Below are positions 61,401-64,000 of a stretch of DNA of 64,000 nucleotides, in pieces. A program made the translations under genes and the position numbers. Under the pieces are notes generated by a model. It was given only the letters and a program-made list of their open reading frames with translations, made no database searches and was not told the DNA's origin. How positions within the stretch are numbered: position 1 is the stretch's first letter; each line of letters starts with the position of its first letter. The stretch comes from Phoronis australis (Eukaryota; Animalia; Phoronida): contig NMRA01000072.1 of the NCBI GenBank assembly GCA_002633005.1, forward strand, positions 578,952 to 642,951, written 5' to 3'.

Positions 61401-63838
61401 GATAGGTGATTGCAGTGTTTGTGGTGCTAGTTGCGACCCTCTGTTGTTTCGGATGTTTAGTGGCACTAATTGCAATCCTCAATTGGGATGGACTGCATGC
61501 GTTTTGCGTCGACAAAGACCCTTTAACACCAATGAACGATAGTTTGTTTGGTTGGCAGCTACATTCATGTCTTTCTGAAGATCAACATGTATGGGGCGGG
61601 AATAGAAAGTTGGTGCCGTTTAAGGCGCTAATGTATTGTTAAATAAATGGGAAGATCAATGAGATTTGGGTTCATGTAGTTCTTTGGAAGGAAATTTGCA
61701 ATACTTGATCAGCTGGTAATGTCACACTGTGGCAATAGAATGTGGTTTCTATGGTCTTAGGGGTGGATCCAGGATTTTGAGTAAGGGGGGGAGGGCAGGG
61801 CAGAGTATTAGCCATGATTTTGCCCGTCAGACAATCGCACCCCCGAACTGCCAAATGGAATCCAGGAGAATTTTAGGGGGGGGCCATGGCACCTTTGGCC
61901 CCCCTTTTTAATCCGCCACTGGTTCTGCCATTTCACTGGAGGGAACGGGTAAGCTTTACTTACTCTGCTATTATACTACACAACACAACATTGTTGGCAC
62001 TGTAAAGTGGCTGATAAAATTACAGGTAATTCTGTTGTCACTGTTGAGTTCTGGGCATTGATATGAGCTTGACAAAGCTCGATTTTTATTGCCGTAGATG
62101 TGTATACTTAGGCCCATTTTCCTTTATGTGAAGCTGCGCCTGTATCTAGAATAAGGAAAATGCAACATGTATGCGAAACACTGGATTAAAACCAATGTGG
62201 AAAATTTTATATAACATTCGATCAAAACTTGATTTATAGGTTTGAAAATATGTGTTGTTAATGTGTATCCAATTTAACGTTAACTATTTAAAGGAAAATG
62301 CGCTAAAAGTGGATAAAGACCTTTTTGTCTGAAGAAATGCGTTATTTTGGATGAAGACGCATGAGCCTAAGTATGGCACACTGAAGACGTGACTGCGTAG
62401 GAGTGCCACTTGTGTTCTACAACCATTTGTATATAACCCCTAGCTATCCCAGCTTTGTGATCTTACCATTATCCCAGGTATGCTCAAGGCCTCTCAGAAG
62501 ATGCTGTTATGGAAAAGGTCTGTCCCTATCTCCTCTCCATAGAAAAGTGGATGAAGACGCATATTCCAACTAAACAAACGTCCAACATACCACGTCAGTC
62601 AGGGTTAGAAACTGTTTATTCAAATTTTTTTCTAACGAGAATTTGTTGAGATAAATCAAAACCATCAGAGGCCAAGTGCTATAATTTTAATTGGCATCAT
62701 TCAAGTTCTTTTTTGATGGCTGTAGCAAGGCAATACTGTTACTGTTACTCAACTAGATTTCTTAGTTTTTATGTAGAAATTTAAAATAGACACCTGTAGA
62801 GTGTCTTGACTGCATAAAGGGTGCTTTTGAATTAGTTGTTGAAATGGAGATGCAAAAGGAATTGGGATGAATGATTTTGTGATGATGGGTGTCAATAAAG
62901 TTTGAATAAAAAACATGTTTCAATTGCAACATTATTGCTGGAAAACGACGTCGTGATTGAAAGAATTGTGACAGGTGACAATTTCTCATTTTTTCTCTTC
63001 CTAAACATGGCTTGATTTTTGTGTCGGGTTTTCCCTCAGGGGTACTGCACGATGTACTTCTTATATTATTTGAAACATTGACTGTATGCAATCATGTGTT
63101 TTTGTTCTATAGTGACAATCCTCGTATTGAAGTGAATTCAGTGGCTGACATTGAAGAGAACATTTGGTCTCCAAGGTAATAATATGAACTGGGTGCATGT
63201 CTGTCTTAATACTGCTGTTTCATTTAAGTCACATGTTACATCAAGGCCAAATATTGTTAAAGATATATTGAGCACTGCGTCTGTTATGTGACTATTACCT
63301 TGGGCTATTCCGTTCTACACAATGGTGAGTATCAGTTGTTTTGATTTACATTTTGCGACATGGTTTAAGTCCTGAAATGAGGCAAGCTTATGCTTCTTGT
63401 TTTCTATAGTTATATTGTGGTCGGACTGAAGCTCACATATGTTATTTGGTTTGATAAACCGGTTCATTTTATTTTATCTTACTTTGAAGTTGGCCATTTT
63501 TGACTGGCTAAAGCAGTGCTCAAGATAGCTTTATCTTGAAACTAAATAAGTTAACAGTAGAGATCCCTCACACAAGTGATCTATGAACTCAACTAATTCC
63601 ATAGCTAAAATGTGTAAAATTGTTACTGTTTTCTTCCACAGAGGCTTTCAGTAGTTTTTAAAATGTGGCGCATTATGTGGCTAAGGTTTTTTGTCATCTT
63701 GACAGGTATGGCATCAAAGGTAAGCTTGATCTCACCGTGGACGTGACTATTCACAAGAAGTCTGGTCAAGAAAGTAAAATAGTTCCACTTGAGTTGAAGA
63801 CTGGCCGCGTTTCTAACTCTGCTGAACACCAAGGGCAG
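52403..63838 (+). CDS. DNA2: DNA replication helicase/nuclease DNA2, 5' part; exons 52403-52420, 54968-55003, 55492-56720, 56966-57037, 57231-57308, 57498-57659 (second copy 57988-58149), 59307-59394, 61041-61126, 62478-62603, 63113-63175, 63706-63838; continues beyond the window
   Basis: CILQGFW, VVNPDLLISGTSVV..FCLRKTVLNEKF, MLVGSIIHCVFQ, DIEENIWSPRYGIKGKLD, PLELKTG...EHQGQ are DNA2 nuclease-domain motifs; splice phases are consistent. Confidence 0.95.
52710..54913 (+). mobile_element. Same HINE family, 5'-truncated and more diverged, with two 3' ends (DNA2 intron)
   Basis: same subunits and CTAGTGG motifs; 3' end CATTTCAACGCTCCGCGTAGCTCTTGTT at ~54886-54914 and a partial end at ~54734. 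Confidence 0.85.
54968..55003 (+). CDS. DNA2: DNA2 36-nt microexon PGKQRSIESFFS
   Basis: long polypyrimidine tract-ag acceptor, gtaagt donor, phase 0-0; encodes QxxIxxFF. Confidence 0.7.
55492..56720 (+). CDS. DNA2: DNA2 large exon, low-complexity N-terminal extension
   Basis: 1229-nt open exon, S/K/E-rich; phase-2 donor gtgagt joins the next exon in frame. Confidence 0.85.
56966..57037 (+). CDS. DNA2: DNA2 exon
   Basis: KTATSAAPCSQFGRHEVISVHQE, phase 2-2. Confidence 0.8.
57231..57308 (+). CDS. DNA2: DNA2 exon
   Basis: VHADKILELKS...WCILQGFW. Confidence 0.88.
57498..57659 (+). CDS. DNA2: DNA2 exon (copy 1)
   Basis: TDTAVNVGDIVNIIG...NPDLLISGTSVVSTVFCLRK. Confidence 0.88.
57988..58149 (+). 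CDS. DNA2: DNA2 exon (copy 2, probably the alternate haplotype)
   Basis: identical to copy 1 except CGG>CAG (R>Q); lies after the single-N join at 57835. Confidence 0.6.
58609..59091. mobile_element. Non-autonomous TTAA-targeting (Kolobok-like) element
   Basis: TTAA|GGTTATGTAGGACC ... GGTCCTACTAGCC|TTAA; related copies at ~40060-40470 and ~9280-9545 (reverse). Confidence 0.75.
59307..59394 (+). CDS. DNA2: DNA2 exon
   Basis: TVLNEKFRGYERGNIHMLVGSIIHCVFQQ. Confidence 0.92.
59551..59988. mobile_element. MITE with ~55-bp TIRs (partial copy at ~34125-34300)
   Basis: TGCCGGGTTGCATGAACTAGTCCTAAATAGGGACTC ... GAGTCCCTATTTGGGACTGTTTTGTGCAACCTGGCA. Confidence 0.75.
61041..61126 (+). CDS. DNA2: DNA2 exon
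   Basis: AIKENKCSVADL...LLHEM, phase 0 to 2. Confidence 0.85.
61758..61921. mobile_element. hAT-like MITE
   Basis: AGGGGTGGATCCAGG ... TAATCCGCCACTG, G/C runs. Confidence 0.5.
62478..62603 (+). CDS. DNA2: DNA2 exon
   Basis: YAQGLSEDAVMEKVCPYLLSIEKWM...; donor gttaga preferred. Confidence 0.85.
63113..63175 (+). CDS. DNA2: DNA2 exon
   Basis: IEVNSVADIEENIWSPR. Confidence 0.92.
63706..63838 (+). CDS. DNA2: DNA2 exon (PD-(D/E)xK nuclease active site)
   Basis: YGIKGKLDLTV...PLELKTGRVSNSAEHQGQ. Confidence 0.95.
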
Positions 63839-64000
63839 GTAATGAGTTCTTCTAATATGTTCTACAGCATATACTAAATTTTGTTCATAACAAGGTGGAC
63901 TTGAAATTTTGCTTTACTGTTAAATTTATCATCAAAATTAAATCTTCAAAAATTTGATTTCATCCTTTGCATGTTTTGTACCAGACAAAACTTGAGTAAA

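Overview
AT-rich, intron-rich animal (invertebrate-type) genomic DNA from a draft assembly, with N gaps at 13297-14109 and 41074-41212 and single-N joins at 24042, 27087, 51246 and 57835. Four spliced housekeeping genes were reconstructed by hand with consistent splice phases. CLUH is on the minus strand (first two coding exons; it continues off the left edge). GLE1 is on the plus strand (11 coding exons, complete). A SERHL-like alpha/beta hydrolase is on the minus strand (10 exons found, one small internal exon not located; ends in SKL). DNA2 is on the plus strand (first 11 coding exons, including the nuclease domain; it continues off the right edge). The arrangement is CLUH<- ->GLE1-> <-SERHL<- ->DNA2. 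Introns and spacers are full of non-autonomous DNA elements. The most notable points are: (1) a Helentron-associated (HINE/DINE-1-like) family whose internal ~452-bp tandem unit carries three same-orientation CTCF-consensus motifs about every 150 bp, and which nests into its own copies at a TT site; (2) a DNA2 with a ~430-aa N-terminal extension that carries a microexon-encoded PIP box and a DDAFWQTSP motif resembling the Mec1/ATR-activating motifs of yeast Dna2 and ETAA1; (3) a 1.56-kb foldback element, a polymorphic Kolobok-like insertion, and minisatellites seeded at exon-intron boundaries. All gene names rest on recalled protein motifs, not database searches.
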